Below, in pieces: positions 1 to 9,000 of a DNA stretch of 39,912 nucleotides. The stretch lies in the IMG/VR virus record IMGVR_UViG_3300045988_081371, positions 1 through 39,912 of that record, one strand, 5' to 3'. Origin of the DNA: a virus. Position numbers and translations under genes: made by a program. Position 1 is the first letter of the stretch. Each line of letters opens with the position of its first letter. The notes under the pieces were generated by a model that was not told the origin of the DNA, did no database searches, and was given only the letters and a program-made list of their open reading frames with translations.

Positions 1-76
1 CAGCAGCGGCGCTCGGCCTCCATCTTGACCGCGTCAAGCGCTTCCTTGCGGACAGACTCGACGTCCTGCTTGACCA
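1..76. repeat. Terminal direct repeat, copy 1 (identical to 39837-39912)
   Basis: Read by eye: cagcagcggcgctcggcctccatcttgacc...gacgtcctgcttgacca occurs at both ends of the window. Confidence 0.9.
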
Positions 77-497
77 GCGTGAAGCTGTCCTCGGTGCGCT
101 GGTTGTGGACGGCCTGCTTGCACAGCGCTTCACGGACGTCCTTGAGCTGCCCGTCGATATAACCGTACATCTCCAGCATTTTCTGGTCATTGTAGGTGTT
201 GGCCTTAAGCAGTGCGATTTCGCTGTCCTTTGCGGCCAGCTGCTGCTCACGGTCGAGTTCGTAGCGCGTCACGCGCATATTCTCGCTGCACGTGGGCTCC
301 TGCTGCCGCGCGGCGAGCATGGCAGCGACCGTCATGGCAGGCGTAACCGCCGCAGCGACGTCAGCAGCTTCCGATCTCTTGTTCTGGTTGAGGCCGCCCA
401 GCAGATTGCCGAGGCCGCCGTTTGCCAGACCCAGCGCGGCGCCGCCGATGCCAAAGCCAAGGGCAGTGCCCGCAAGGCCTTTGCTTGCGTACTCCAT
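1..497 (-). CDS. Hypothetical protein, N-terminal part of a 211-aa ORF crossing the circular junction (Gly-rich hydrophobic N-terminus, charged helical middle)
   Basis: ATG at 497-495 lies 8 nt downstream of GGAGG (revcomp of 506-510). Hand translation MEYASKGLAGTALGFGIGGAALGLANGGLGNLLGG... stays open to nt 1. 497 + 139 nt = 636 nt = 212 codons when joined to 39836-39698. Confidence 0.75.
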   Translation of the reverse strand, partial: MEYASKGLAGTALGFGIGGAALGLANGGLGNLLGGLNQNKRSEAADVAAAVTPAMTVAAMLAARQQEPTCSENMRVTRYELDREQQLAAKDSEIALLKANTYNDQKMLEMYGYIDGQLKDVREALCKQAVHNQRTEDSFTLVKQDVESVRKEALDAVKMEAERRC

Positions 498-544
498 AAA
501 AAGTACCTCCGTAGTAATTAGTAAGCTGGCCAGCTCCTGCTATT

Positions 545-608
545 ATTATGGCATACTCAAAAAATCTTTGTGCTGCATTTGTGTGCATTTATGCGGCATT
601 TGTGTGCA
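545..608 (-). promoter_or_regulatory. Candidate promoter/operator region of the junction-spanning cargo operon
   Basis: On the minus strand there is an extended -10-like TGcCATAAT (revcomp of 545-553). Two identical 13-bp direct repeats GCATTTGTGTGCA sit at 575-587 and 596-608, exactly 21 bp apart. Confidence 0.4.
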
Positions 609-640
609 ACTTTTCGGCAGATAGATAAAAAGTGTGACAT

Positions 641-674
641 ATTTAAAAGCCCGAGGCATAATGCCCCGGGCTTT
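641..674 (-). terminator. Rho-independent terminator closing the late operon
   Basis: Stem aaagcccgaggc / gccccgggcttt with one mismatch and loop ataat. On the minus strand it is followed by TTTTAAAT. It lies 7 nt downstream of the stop of the 681-929 gene. Confidence 0.6.
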
Positions 675-680
675 GCCGTA

Positions 681-929
681 TCATATCAAATTCAGCCGTT
701 GCGCCGTCCGCTGCGCCTCTTTCAAAATCTCACCCATGCGGCGGGATACCGTTGACCTATCCATATACAGCGCATCCGCAACATCCACCTGCGGCAGGCG
801 CTCCACGATGTATAGCCGCACGATCTCCCGATCCTCCGCTCCCAGCATTGCCTCGTCTATCACGCGCTCCCAATCGCCCGCCAGCAGGCCTTTAAGCTCT
901 CCCGGCAGATTTACACGTGATCTGGCCAT
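681..929 (-). CDS. Small sigma-70 region-4-like HTH protein (82 aa)
   Basis: Segment EDREIVRLYIVERLPQVDVADALYMDRSTVSRRMGEI resembles the region-4 HTH of ECF/sigma-like phage regulators. SD is AGAGGGGG upstream of the ATG. Confidence 0.55.
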   Translation of the reverse strand: MARSRVNLPGELKGLLAGDWERVIDEAMLGAEDREIVRLYIVERLPQVDVADALYMDRSTVSRRMGEILKEAQRTAQRLNLI

Positions 930-967
930 GTGCCCCCTCTCCGGCGCGCTGGGCGGCGCTGGCGGCT

Positions 968-1639
968 TTATTTGCTTGTCAGTGCGGCAATGTTACCCTT
1001 GTTGCCAACATCCAGCTTGCACACGCCTGCGGCCTCAAGTGCCGCCGCAATGTCGCGTAGTTTGATGTAGTTCACGCCGCCTTGCAGAACGCGATCCACG
1101 CCGTACTCCTTGCCATTGATGATGATCTTGCTATTCTTCTCGCCAAGCAGGCGCGCGACCTGCTGGCGGAAGTTTGCAAGGCCGTCACCCTGTACCCAGT
1201 ATGCCGGGCAAAGCTTCCCCGTCACGTCATAGTGCCGGATAATCCGATCTGTTGTCAGCCCGTATTTTTTGCACAGCTGCGCGGCCAGCTCTGCCGCATT
1301 GGCGATGGTTTTATCCGTTGCCTGCACTTTTCCATCGCGCCGCGCGTCGCACATCTCAATGCCGATGCTGTTTGCATTCCGGCAGCTCGGGTGCCGGTAC
1401 GTCTGTGCGCCGCAGTGATACGCCACATAGTCCTCCGGCACGCTGCATGTGATCGAATCGTCATCCACAAAGTAGTGCGCCGATGCAACCGGATTGAGCG
1501 GCTGCTGGAAATACTTCGCATTGCTCTCGTCGCTGTCGCCGTCGTTGGCCGTGTAGTGCATCACAATCCATTCGACTTTCTGCGTGCGCTTTCCGCCATA
1601 ATTCTGCCTGTTGGCAAGATTCTGCTTGATCGGTACCAT
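968..1639 (-). CDS. Endolysin: N-acetylmuramoyl-L-alanine amidase (Amidase_2/PGRP type) with a C-terminal Cu-amine-oxidase-N1-like wall-binding domain
   Basis: Motifs WIVMHYTAN, IGIEMC and IRHYDVTGKLCP, and a C-terminus INGKEYGVDRVLQGGVNYIKLRDIA. Start moved to MVPIKQN (ATG 1639) behind AAGGAGGG. Confidence 0.9.
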   Translation of the reverse strand: MVPIKQNLANRQNYGGKRTQKVEWIVMHYTANDGDSDESNAKYFQQPLNPVASAHYFVDDDSITCSVPEDYVAYHCGAQTYRHPSCRNANSIGIEMCDARRDGKVQATDKTIANAAELAAQLCKKYGLTTDRIIRHYDVTGKLCPAYWVQGDGLANFRQQVARLLGEKNSKIIINGKEYGVDRVLQGGVNYIKLRDIAAALEAAGVCKLDVGNKGNIAALTSK

Positions 1640-1640
1640 A

Positions 1641-1865
1641 TCAGCCCTCCTTACCCGTGCCCGAATCGGGCACATTGTCCACCGCGTCCTGAATTTTCTG
1701 GCTCTGCGTGCCAAAGTAAAAGGCGATGATCACGGCGTAGATCGTCATGAAATCCTGACTGATCTTCCCGACGATCGCCATGTACGCAAATACGCCAGTG
1801 AGCACCAGCGTGACAAGGCTTTTTACACTCAGCAGATTGCCGAGCCGCTTCTTGATGTTGTCCAT
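1641..1865 (-). CDS. Holin-like membrane protein (74 aa, two hydrophobic segments)
   Basis: MDNIKKRLGNLLSVKSLVTLVLTGVFAYMAIVG...IYAVIIAFYFG. SD is AAAGGAGAA. Its stop lies 1 nt before the amidase ATG. Confidence 0.65.
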   Translation of the reverse strand: MDNIKKRLGNLLSVKSLVTLVLTGVFAYMAIVGKISQDFMTIYAVIIAFYFGTQSQKIQDAVDNVPDSGTGKEG

Positions 1866-1879
1866 ATGTAGTTCTCCTT

Positions 1880-2137
1880 TCAGTCTTTCAGCACGATCTC
1901 TGCGATACGCGCCGCTGCTTCCGAGCCGTAGTCTTTGGCCCACTTGTCCATAAATTTCTGCGCGTACTTCGCGCGGTTCTCGTTTTTCGCTTTCCACTCG
2001 TACAGCCCAAAAGCTGTAGCGAGCAGACCGATTGCCGCCAGGGTGATGCTCTCCAGCGGCAGGCCGCACGCGCAGCCGATAATCAGCAGCAACGTGACCG
2101 CCGTCATCATGTTAAGCCATCGCTTGGAGTATGGCAT
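1880..2137 (-). CDS. Small membrane protein (85 aa, two hydrophobic segments), second holin-like candidate
   Basis: MMTAVTLLLIIGCACGL and ITLAAIGLLATAFGLY are followed by a charged tail. SD is GGAGGG. Confidence 0.55.
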   Translation of the reverse strand: MPYSKRWLNMMTAVTLLLIIGCACGLPLESITLAAIGLLATAFGLYEWKAKNENRAKYAQKFMDKWAKDYGSEAAARIAEIVLKD

Positions 2138-2138
2138 A

Positions 2139-2420
2139 TCAGCTGCCCTCCTGTCCGTGCGCTGCCTGATTGAGGTGTTTTTCCATTTTGTTGAGTGCCT
2201 CCGTCACCTGGCCGTTACAGCCAAGCTCTCGAAGCCCCCGCAGGCAGGCCATTTGGCCATAGCATATCATGGTCTGCTCCTTTTTGATGGTCGCAATTTC
2301 TGCCTGCTGTCGCTTGTCACGTTCAATAAATTTAAAAATGCCCACAAAAAGGCCTGCAATAACGCCCAGCGCACTGATCACCTTGCCCACATTGATGATC
2401 GTATCCCAATCTACATACAC
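2139..2420 (-). CDS. Single-pass membrane protein (about 93 aa; start uncertain, could be TTG at 2504)
   Basis: The ORF-track frame contains VISALGVIAGLFVGIFKF followed by a charged helix. GTG at 2420 lies 9 nt after GGGGGAA. Confidence 0.5.
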   Translation of the reverse strand: MYVDWDTIINVGKVISALGVIAGLFVGIFKFIERDKRQQAEIATIKKEQTMICYGQMACLRGLRELGCNGQVTEALNKMEKHLNQAAHGQEGS

Positions 2421-2433
2421 CCGCTTATTCCCC

Positions 2434-2529
2434 CTATTCAGTTTGTACTTCTGGCCGCTTCTCCGCCGCCGTGTTCGGCTTGCACCACGCGTCCAGTGAA
2501 GCAAGCTGTGCCTGAATTCCGTCTTTCAT
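2434..2529 (-). CDS. Possible 31-aa ORF (MKDGIQAQLASLDAWCKPNTAAEKRPEVQTE)
   Basis: Strong SD GAAAGGAGA lies 5-6 nt upstream of ATG 2529. Hand translated and below the ORF-track size cutoff. Confidence 0.3.
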   Translation of the reverse strand: MKDGIQAQLASLDAWCKPNTAAEKRPEVQTE

Positions 2530-2547
2530 CTTTGGTCTCCTTTCAGT

Positions 2548-2721
2548 TTACTTTTCTTTTGCAGAACTTATATCAACGCCGTACGCTTCAAAGATCTGCC
2601 GCACCTTTTCGTTGCGCAGGATCTTCTTCTGCTGGCCTTGGTTTAGCTCATCGAATACGGTTTGCAGCGCATTTCGCGTCAGGTTGACATGCTCACGTGC
2701 GCGTTCGATGCAGTTCTCCAT
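2548..2721 (-). CDS. Small hypothetical protein (57 aa, MENCIERAREHVNLTRNALQTVFDELNQGQQKKILRNEKVRQIFEAYGVDISSAKEK)
   Basis: TAATG stop/start overlap with the upstream gene at 2721-2723. Hand translated and below the ORF-track cutoff. Confidence 0.5.
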   Translation of the reverse strand: MENCIERAREHVNLTRNALQTVFDELNQGQQKKILRNEKVRQIFEAYGVDISSAKEK

Positions 2722-3032
2722 TACGATTCCTCCAAAAGCAGAATTCTTGTCGCGCGTTCCGAGTCCGTCAGCGCCGCCGCCCCGCTAATTTCCTCGTAGC
2801 TGCCCTCCGGCTCCGTGCCTTTCAGCGCGTGTCCGGTCAGGCGGAAGACTGTGTCGGCCAGTCCCTGATACTCGTTCCCGTCCTCGTCCTGCATCGTCAC
2901 CGCCATCTTCGCACAAAACCCCTCGGCCTCCGCTTCCTTGCACGGTACATAGCAACCGTTGCCGTGCAGTCGGATGAGCACAATGCTGTCCGCATACCCG
3001 GCAAATGCGCCGTCCTGTTTTACTGCATACAT
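2721..3032 (-). CDS. Hypothetical protein (103 aa)
   Basis: Start moved to MYAVKQDGAF (ATG 3032) behind GGAGGGACACC. It overlaps the upstream stop by 13 nt. Confidence 0.6.
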   Translation of the reverse strand: MYAVKQDGAFAGYADSIVLIRLHGNGCYVPCKEAEAEGFCAKMAVTMQDEDGNEYQGLADTVFRLTGHALKGTEPEGSYEEISGAAALTDSERATRILLLEES

Positions 3033-3406
3033 GGTGTCCCTCCAAATTTCTCTTGATAGATTTTCTCCAATCGTTCTGTGCTTGCGGTACGCAGTCGATT
3101 TTTCCAGTAGCCATTTTCCTGTCCCGGCCATTTGTCATCCGTAAAGTCTTCGCCGCAGCCGTTTTTTTCATACCAGCGGTAGAGGCGTTCAAGCATTTCT
3201 TGCCGCATCGCGCCCTCTTGTGTATTCTGCCTGAAATGCGTCCATCCGTTTTCAGACGTTGCGGCGCAAATTTTCCGTCCGTCAGCGGCAAAGAGAAATC
3301 CGTCCCGCTCCGTTACGGTCGTACCGTATCGGAGATTAAATTCTCCATCAATACCATGCCCACGGAACCGCTTATACACGATATACTCCATGCTTGTGCC
3401 ACTCAT
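3020..3406 (-). CDS. Hypothetical protein (128 aa)
   Basis: ATGA start/stop overlap with the 413-aa fibre gene. Begins MSGTSMEYIVYKRFRGHGIDGEF. Confidence 0.6.
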   Translation of the reverse strand: MSGTSMEYIVYKRFRGHGIDGEFNLRYGTTVTERDGFLFAADGRKICAATSENGWTHFRQNTQEGAMRQEMLERLYRWYEKNGCGEDFTDDKWPGQENGYWKNRLRTASTERLEKIYQEKFGGTPCMQ

Positions 3407-4644
3407 ACGCAAAAGCCGGGCGCGAAGCCATATGAGGTTCTTGGATAGCTGTTGCCGGAAGCGCCGGTAGTATTTACAATCATGAAAATAGCGGAATTGC
3501 TGGCATACGGGGAACGGAGCCACCAAATAGCGTTTGCACTTGTCAAGTTGTGTTTGTGGTTAATCTTGTTGTTTCCGGCGCTGTAATACGAATACTGCGC
3601 CTGTTTGCGGGCTTCGTTGCTGTTTGCGCTACCGGTAGACCCGAATACTTCGTATTGCGATAACAGGAAAAAGTAATCTGTGGTTGCCGTCACCGCGCTT
3701 GCGTCGCTGCTGAAGCCTGTGTTGTTTGTGTACTTCGTCACGGATTTCAGCACCGCGCGGAGCGCTGCCGGGATGACCGCAATGATCGTGCCGGAATAGT
3801 TTGATAGGCTTGTGCCGCAAATTGCCGTTCGCATATTTGATGATGCCCAGCCACCGGAATTCGTGTTACTGGTATTCATGCAGAATCCGTCGCCGGCATT
3901 GTTGTAATAGTTGTCGCATAGCGCAACGGATATGCCGTTGGACAGCGCCGTTTTGCCCAACTGGAAATGAATGCGGTTTGCGCCCTCGACGCTTGCGTTA
4001 TGGTTAAACCCGATAATGAACGCATACATCGTGAAGTTGGATAACGTCAGTGCCCCAACCGTGCCGTTCAGCGTGACCGCCTTGCAGTCGCCAATGCTCC
4101 AATAGTTCTCGCCCTGTCCCGCGTCGGAAACGGACTTGATGACGCTCCATTCGTTATTGTTGAGCGTAGAGCTCACGAAAGAGAGCGTCAGCGCGTAGGA
4201 GGTCGTGGAGGATACGACATTGACCGAGCCGCTCACGGTCTGCCCGTCCTTTGTCGCCTCGACGGTGTACGCCCCCGTCTCCGTGACGGTGAAAACCGCC
4301 GTCCCGTTGCTCGTCTTTGTGGCGATAGTCGTCGAGCCTTTTTTCAGCGTAACGGATGCGCCGGAATCAACCGTTACCGTGATCGTCGCGTTAAAGAACG
4401 ACAGGGACACGGCGTAGCTGTCTTTTACGGACACGCTTTGCGTGTTGGAGGTCTTCCCATTCAGTGTTGCAGATACACTCCATGTACCCGCCTCCGGCAG
4501 TTTCAGAACGCAAGAGCCGCTCGCCGCCGTGCCGTTTACCGTTTTTGAGCCATTTGTCGCCGTGACCGCCGCACCGCTCGTAACGGATACCACAAGGGAT
4601 CGTTCGACGCCGGGCTTGCTGACTGCGTTTGTTCTACCAATCAT
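3403..4644 (-). CDS. Receptor-binding/tail fibre protein (413 aa): two N-terminal Ig-like beta repeats plus a C-terminal domain ending in a WWLRSP motif
   Basis: Repeated TVT/SVS-rich beta segments. The C-terminal part has GGWASSNMR, YFFLLSQYEVFG and IWWLRSP, which I recall from DUF6273-type domains of gut Firmicutes. Position is directly after the fibre gene. Confidence 0.6.
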   Translation of the reverse strand: MIGRTNAVSKPGVERSLVVSVTSGAAVTATNGSKTVNGTAASGSCVLKLPEAGTWSVSATLNGKTSNTQSVSVKDSYAVSLSFFNATITVTVDSGASVTLKKGSTTIATKTSNGTAVFTVTETGAYTVEATKDGQTVSGSVNVVSSTTSYALTLSFVSSTLNNNEWSVIKSVSDAGQGENYWSIGDCKAVTLNGTVGALTLSNFTMYAFIIGFNHNASVEGANRIHFQLGKTALSNGISVALCDNYYNNAGDGFCMNTSNTNSGGWASSNMRTAICGTSLSNYSGTIIAVIPAALRAVLKSVTKYTNNTGFSSDASAVTATTDYFFLLSQYEVFGSTGSANSNEARKQAQYSYYSAGNNKINHKHNLTSANAIWWLRSPYASNSAIFMIVNTTGASGNSYPRTSYGFAPGFCV

Positions 4645-4646
4645 TT

Positions 4647-6062
4647 TCAGCTCACCACCTTAATACAAGTAATGCTCTGCACCGTGATAGCCGCCGTCGG
4701 CTTTGTCGCGGCGTAGATTTTGACCGTACCACTGCCGGACAGCGCGACGGGTGCGTAGATGCCGGATGCGGCTTCCGTTGCCCCGAACGCAACCTCCGGC
4801 ACATGGCTTGCGGTCACGCCCGTCAGCGCCAGTGTCGCCGCGTACGGGTATGCTGCATACGTGCTGTCGCTGCTCCACGCGGACGCTGCAACGCTGACAT
4901 TCTGGAAAATAAGCGCCTGCGCATACCCGCTGTGTGAATGGCTGGCAGCGGCGAAATCTCCCGGCTTTTTGCCGCTGTCTTTCTGCTTGCCGGTCGTGCC
5001 GTCGAACGCGACGAGGTTGCCGGAAACCGGGGACGAAACCTTTTCGACGTACCCGCTGTGTGAATGGCTGGCAGCGGCAAAGTCGCCAGGCTTTTTCCCG
5101 GAGTCGGTGAGGTTGCCGTTTGCATCGAGTCCGGCGAAGTGCCCCGCCGTGGCACTCTTTACCTTGTCCGCCTTGTCGCTTGCGGCGGCGGTGATCTCTT
5201 CAAGGGCGCTGTCCTTGGCCGCGTCCACGTCTGCCACGGCGGCTGCCGCTGCAGCTGCGGCAGCGTCGGCGACGGCCTTGGACTGTGCCGCCCCTGCGTC
5301 GTTTACGGCTTTTGCCTGCGCCTTGCCCGCGTCCTCCACGGCCTGCTTTTGGGTGCTTCCCGCCGCGTTGATGGCTTCCAGCTGCGCCGCGCCTGCTGAC
5401 TCTAGTGATTCCTTGGATCCCACCGTCACCTTGTCAACGATTTCCTGCTTGTTCGATTCGGTAAAGTAGTCAACTCCAACTACCGGAGTCTTTCCGTCAG
5501 CGCCGCTGGATGGCTTTCCGGTATCTTTTCCGTCAATGTACCAGTTTCCATTTTTGCCAATTTCTGGCGTTGAACCGTCGAAATCTCCGTTTGCAGCCGC
5601 CTGTTCAAGCGTATTCTTTGCGTTAGTAGCAGCCGTTGCCGCATTATTCGCTGCGGTCGCAGCGCTGTTTGCAGATTCTGCAGCTGCCGTTACCTGCTGT
5701 AATAGCTGCGGCGTTGGCGCTGCAGAAGCGTCGCCATTCGGTGTTCCGTTCTGCACGATATTCCATCCGGTTTCAGACTTTGCCGTCGTCATGACCTTTT
5801 CTTCACCAACAAAGCCTGTAACCGACAAAATAAGTGACCCGGTTGACGCTAGACACTCCCACGGGACGGTAAGCGTGTTTCCAAAGGTATGTAGCACTTG
5901 CTTTGCAACTTCGCCGTTTGTGAACACACAAACAATGGAGGTCATTTCTTTCCATTCTTCGTCCATGTCCAAAATCAGCGTATCAACGTTCACGCCGTTT
6001 TGAATAACTGTAACCGGTGATTTCACATAGATTTTCCGTTGCCTGACCGTTGCATAAAGCAT
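4647..6062 (-). CDS. Tail fibre protein (471 aa) with an Ala-rich coiled region and duplicated SHSHSGY motif
   Basis: GNWYIDGKDTGKPSSGADG motif, a long AAAAAAA/coiled stretch, two copies of DSGKKPGDFAAASHSHSGY, and SD GGAGGAA. Confidence 0.7.
   Translation of the reverse strand: MLYATVRQRKIYVKSPVTVIQNGVNVDTLILDMDEEWKEMTSIVCVFTNGEVAKQVLHTFGNTLTVPWECLASTGSLILSVTGFVGEEKVMTTAKSETGWNIVQNGTPNGDASAAPTPQLLQQVTAAAESANSAATAANNAATAATNAKNTLEQAAANGDFDGSTPEIGKNGNWYIDGKDTGKPSSGADGKTPVVGVDYFTESNKQEIVDKVTVGSKESLESAGAAQLEAINAAGSTQKQAVEDAGKAQAKAVNDAGAAQSKAVADAAAAAAAAAVADVDAAKDSALEEITAAASDKADKVKSATAGHFAGLDANGNLTDSGKKPGDFAAASHSHSGYVEKVSSPVSGNLVAFDGTTGKQKDSGKKPGDFAAASHSHSGYAQALIFQNVSVAASAWSSDSTYAAYPYAATLALTGVTASHVPEVAFGATEAASGIYAPVALSGSGTVKIYAATKPTAAITVQSITCIKVVS
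4925..5105. repeat. Intragenic direct repeat (two 55-nt copies, 126-nt period) inside the fibre gene
   Basis: acccgctgtgtgaatggctggcagcggc...ggcttttt at 4925-4979 and 5051-5105, with a few mismatches. It encodes GKKPGDFAAASHSHSGY twice. Confidence 0.8.
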
Positions 6063-6071
6063 AAGTTCCTC

Positions 6072-9000
6072 CTATCTAGCCCATTTCCAAGGACTGTTTT
6101 TCTCTGAATAGATGCAGCAGAACCATGCATCTTTTTCTTTGTCGCTCAAGTCTTTGCTGTCAATAAAAGCAATCACTTTGTCTTGCGTGGATTTTCCCTT
6201 GATCTTCTTGCCGTTCTCGTCCATCTCCGTTTTAGCATCGTCCGAATTTTTGAATTGAAGCAAGTCTAACACATCTCCCGCCGTAACTCCGTTCGATTTT
6301 CCATATTCAGTCCACCGGTCTACCGTTTCGGTCGGAAGCGAAGCAACTACAGTTGCTTCATTTACCTTTTTATTGTCGTACAGACTGTTAAGCTTGTCAT
6401 ATTTTCCGCCATCCATCCCGCTCATAAGCGATTCTGCGGCTTTTTCGACAAACAAATCTGCACGTTCACGCTGTGTCATATTCTTTGCTTCATTCATCCA
6501 CTGTGTTGTAATTTCTTTTCCATATTTTTCTTCGGCGATTGCTTCATAATACTTTTCCGCAATTTCGTTTGCCGTGTTCATGATATCCTTTGAAACGCCG
6601 GTGTAGGTTGGGTTCGCAAGCGATTTTCTCATGGATTCCAGCGCAGTTTGATCCGCCAGCTTTGTGCCAGATGCAGAAACCGCTTTCAGCGTAAAATAAT
6701 CTGCACGTTCTTTATCAGATTTGAGCTTTTCTGCCTCTTTTACCCATTCTGTTTCAATCTCGTACCCTAATTCTCGCTTTGCCAGCGCTTCTTCATACTG
6801 ATCTGCGTACGTTTTTGCCTTTTCGCTCACATCCGCAGGAAGTGATGCATACTTTGCTGACGAAAACATATCGTCTGACGCGCCGCTGGTCAATCCACCT
6901 ACGCTGTCAATAGCTTTTCCAAGAATCTCCTTTGCAATTTCATCGTCGCTTTTTCCGGCTAAATCAGTAATCCACTTGTCAGACGCAGAATATCCTACGC
7001 CAGCTGCTTCTTTGCCGATTTCGTTTGCATATTGCTGAGAAAGCTCCATTGCTTTAGACTTGATGCTGTCAGGCACTGATTTGTAAACATCACTGTTGAG
7101 CATCGTCTTTCGAATACTGTAATCAGTCTGTCCGCGAATTTCTGTGTATTTATCATACTGACCGGATGTGAGCTTTACATTTTCGCCGTCAACCGAAATC
7201 AACTTTTTGGGCTTCGTGTAAAAATTAGAGAAATCGGAATTTACGGAATGCAGTCTGGCAATTTCTTCTTCTACCGGGTCTGTTTTGGTTCTCGACGGAT
7301 ATACTGGCGTAACAGCCTTGAAAGCAGAATTTGCTATACCGCCAGCACCGTTCCCATCAACAGGTACGCCCCAGTTTCCGCGCGTAATTGCCATATCCTC
7401 ACGCCAACCTGGCACTTTCCGCTGCACGCCCTGAATGGCAGACTGCACAGGAGACCATGCGCCGTCCGGCTCAATGTAGGTGCTTCTCTGATTTTTATCT
7501 ACGCTAGACGCGATACGTCCAACAAGCGTCGGCACATATTGTCCAATATAGTTCCCCAAAATCTGAACACCCATTTTTGCCGCCAATTCACCATTTTTTT
7601 CATCATTTCTGGAATTTTGAATTGTCGAAATAACGCTGTCCAAGCCGGAAAGCATAGACTGTTCAAAGACGGGATCTGTGATCTTGCTCAGTGCATCCAT
7701 AATGTCGTTCAGCGAAATCGGTTCATCTCCGTTTCTCGCATTCTGCGCCGATTCCCAAATCTGCGCGCCTGTCAAGAGTCCTGTCCCGGTAAGCGTTAAA
7801 CTGTCGATCGGAACATATGTATCACCGATTAAGATCGAAAAATCCTTTGCACCAAACGCATTTTTTTGCTGCTCTTTCTCTTCATCATCACCTACGCCAG
7901 TCGCGCGAAGAATGCCTTGTTTTGCCATTGCAGCACCAATTCCAAGTAGAATTGTTCCGGTTGTTGCCGCCGCAAAATCATCAATTGTCTGTGCAACTGT
8001 GATATCTGTGTTCCCGCGCTGCATCTGAACAATGTCATACAGCCCCTTGACATAGCCAAGCGGTGAATATTCCACCGTCCGCACCATAACGTTTGCAGGA
8101 ACTTTTTTAAACGGATAAATAACCCCAGAAAGGAATCTCCCAATTTTGCTGTTATTCCCAAACCGTGTTGCCCACTTGGAAACGGTGTTCAGATCATTGT
8201 AAGTTCCTTTTTTTGCCTCGCTCATGGCATAGGTTCTGGCTTCGTCTGTGATTTCGGTCAAATGATTTGCTTTCATGTAGCTGGCCAATGACACAGTATA
8301 CATCGGCTTGCTGAACCACATATCTTCTGCTTCAAGGGCTTTGCTGTTAAGATCGTTCAGTTTTTCAGCCTTGGCAAGGAATTGATCAACGCCGCGCGCT
8401 AAAGCATTCTGCGGGTCGTTGATCTTCCAGTACCGCCGATAATCGTTAACGCCACCTGTAGATGTGCTGTATTTCCCAACGCTATCCTCATACAGGTCAA
8501 CAGCCGTATCGTAGTCTGCCCGTGCAGCATTCAAAAGGCTTCTATCCGCTTTCCTTAGTGGATTCAAAAAAGCCGTTGTTCGTCCCTCGTTGTTTCCGAT
8601 AACAATCATTTCGCCTAGCGCTTTCAAATTATCTTTTCCAATTTTTGCGATCGCGCCGCTGACGTTGCCCATTATATTCTTCAAATGCGTAGACGGATTT
8701 GCCAGCATGGAAAAATAGCGCCACTGCTGTAACCCCTCTCGAAGCGTGGCCGGAATCTGCTCTGCAACATTTCGATAGATGTTGTCCAGCGCCGCTTTCT
8801 GCGCGCTTTCCGTCTCTGCGTTTTGATAGGCATCCAAGAGGTTGTCCGGGACATTGAGTTCTTTCGGCTTCTTAAGGTTCTTGTTTACCTGCGCTTCCAG
8901 ATTTGATATCATCCGCTGAATCGTAAAGATTCTGCCCTCCGGAGTCATGGATTTCAAGAGCCGCGCTGCCTGCACAGATTGACCGGCGTTTGTTTCTACC

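Noticed and set aside
1-76. The 76-nt terminal repeat as a biological direct terminal repeat or cos site
   Set aside because: It lies in the middle of a coding sequence and has no symmetry or terminase-site features. Its length is typical of an assembler overlap on a circular path. It is used only as evidence of closure.
4925-5105. Diversity-generating retroelement (template/variable repeat pair) in the fibre gene
   Set aside because: No reverse transcriptase gene is anywhere in the genome. Both copies are in frame inside the same gene, and their few differences are not restricted to adenine positions. It is a simple intragenic duplication.
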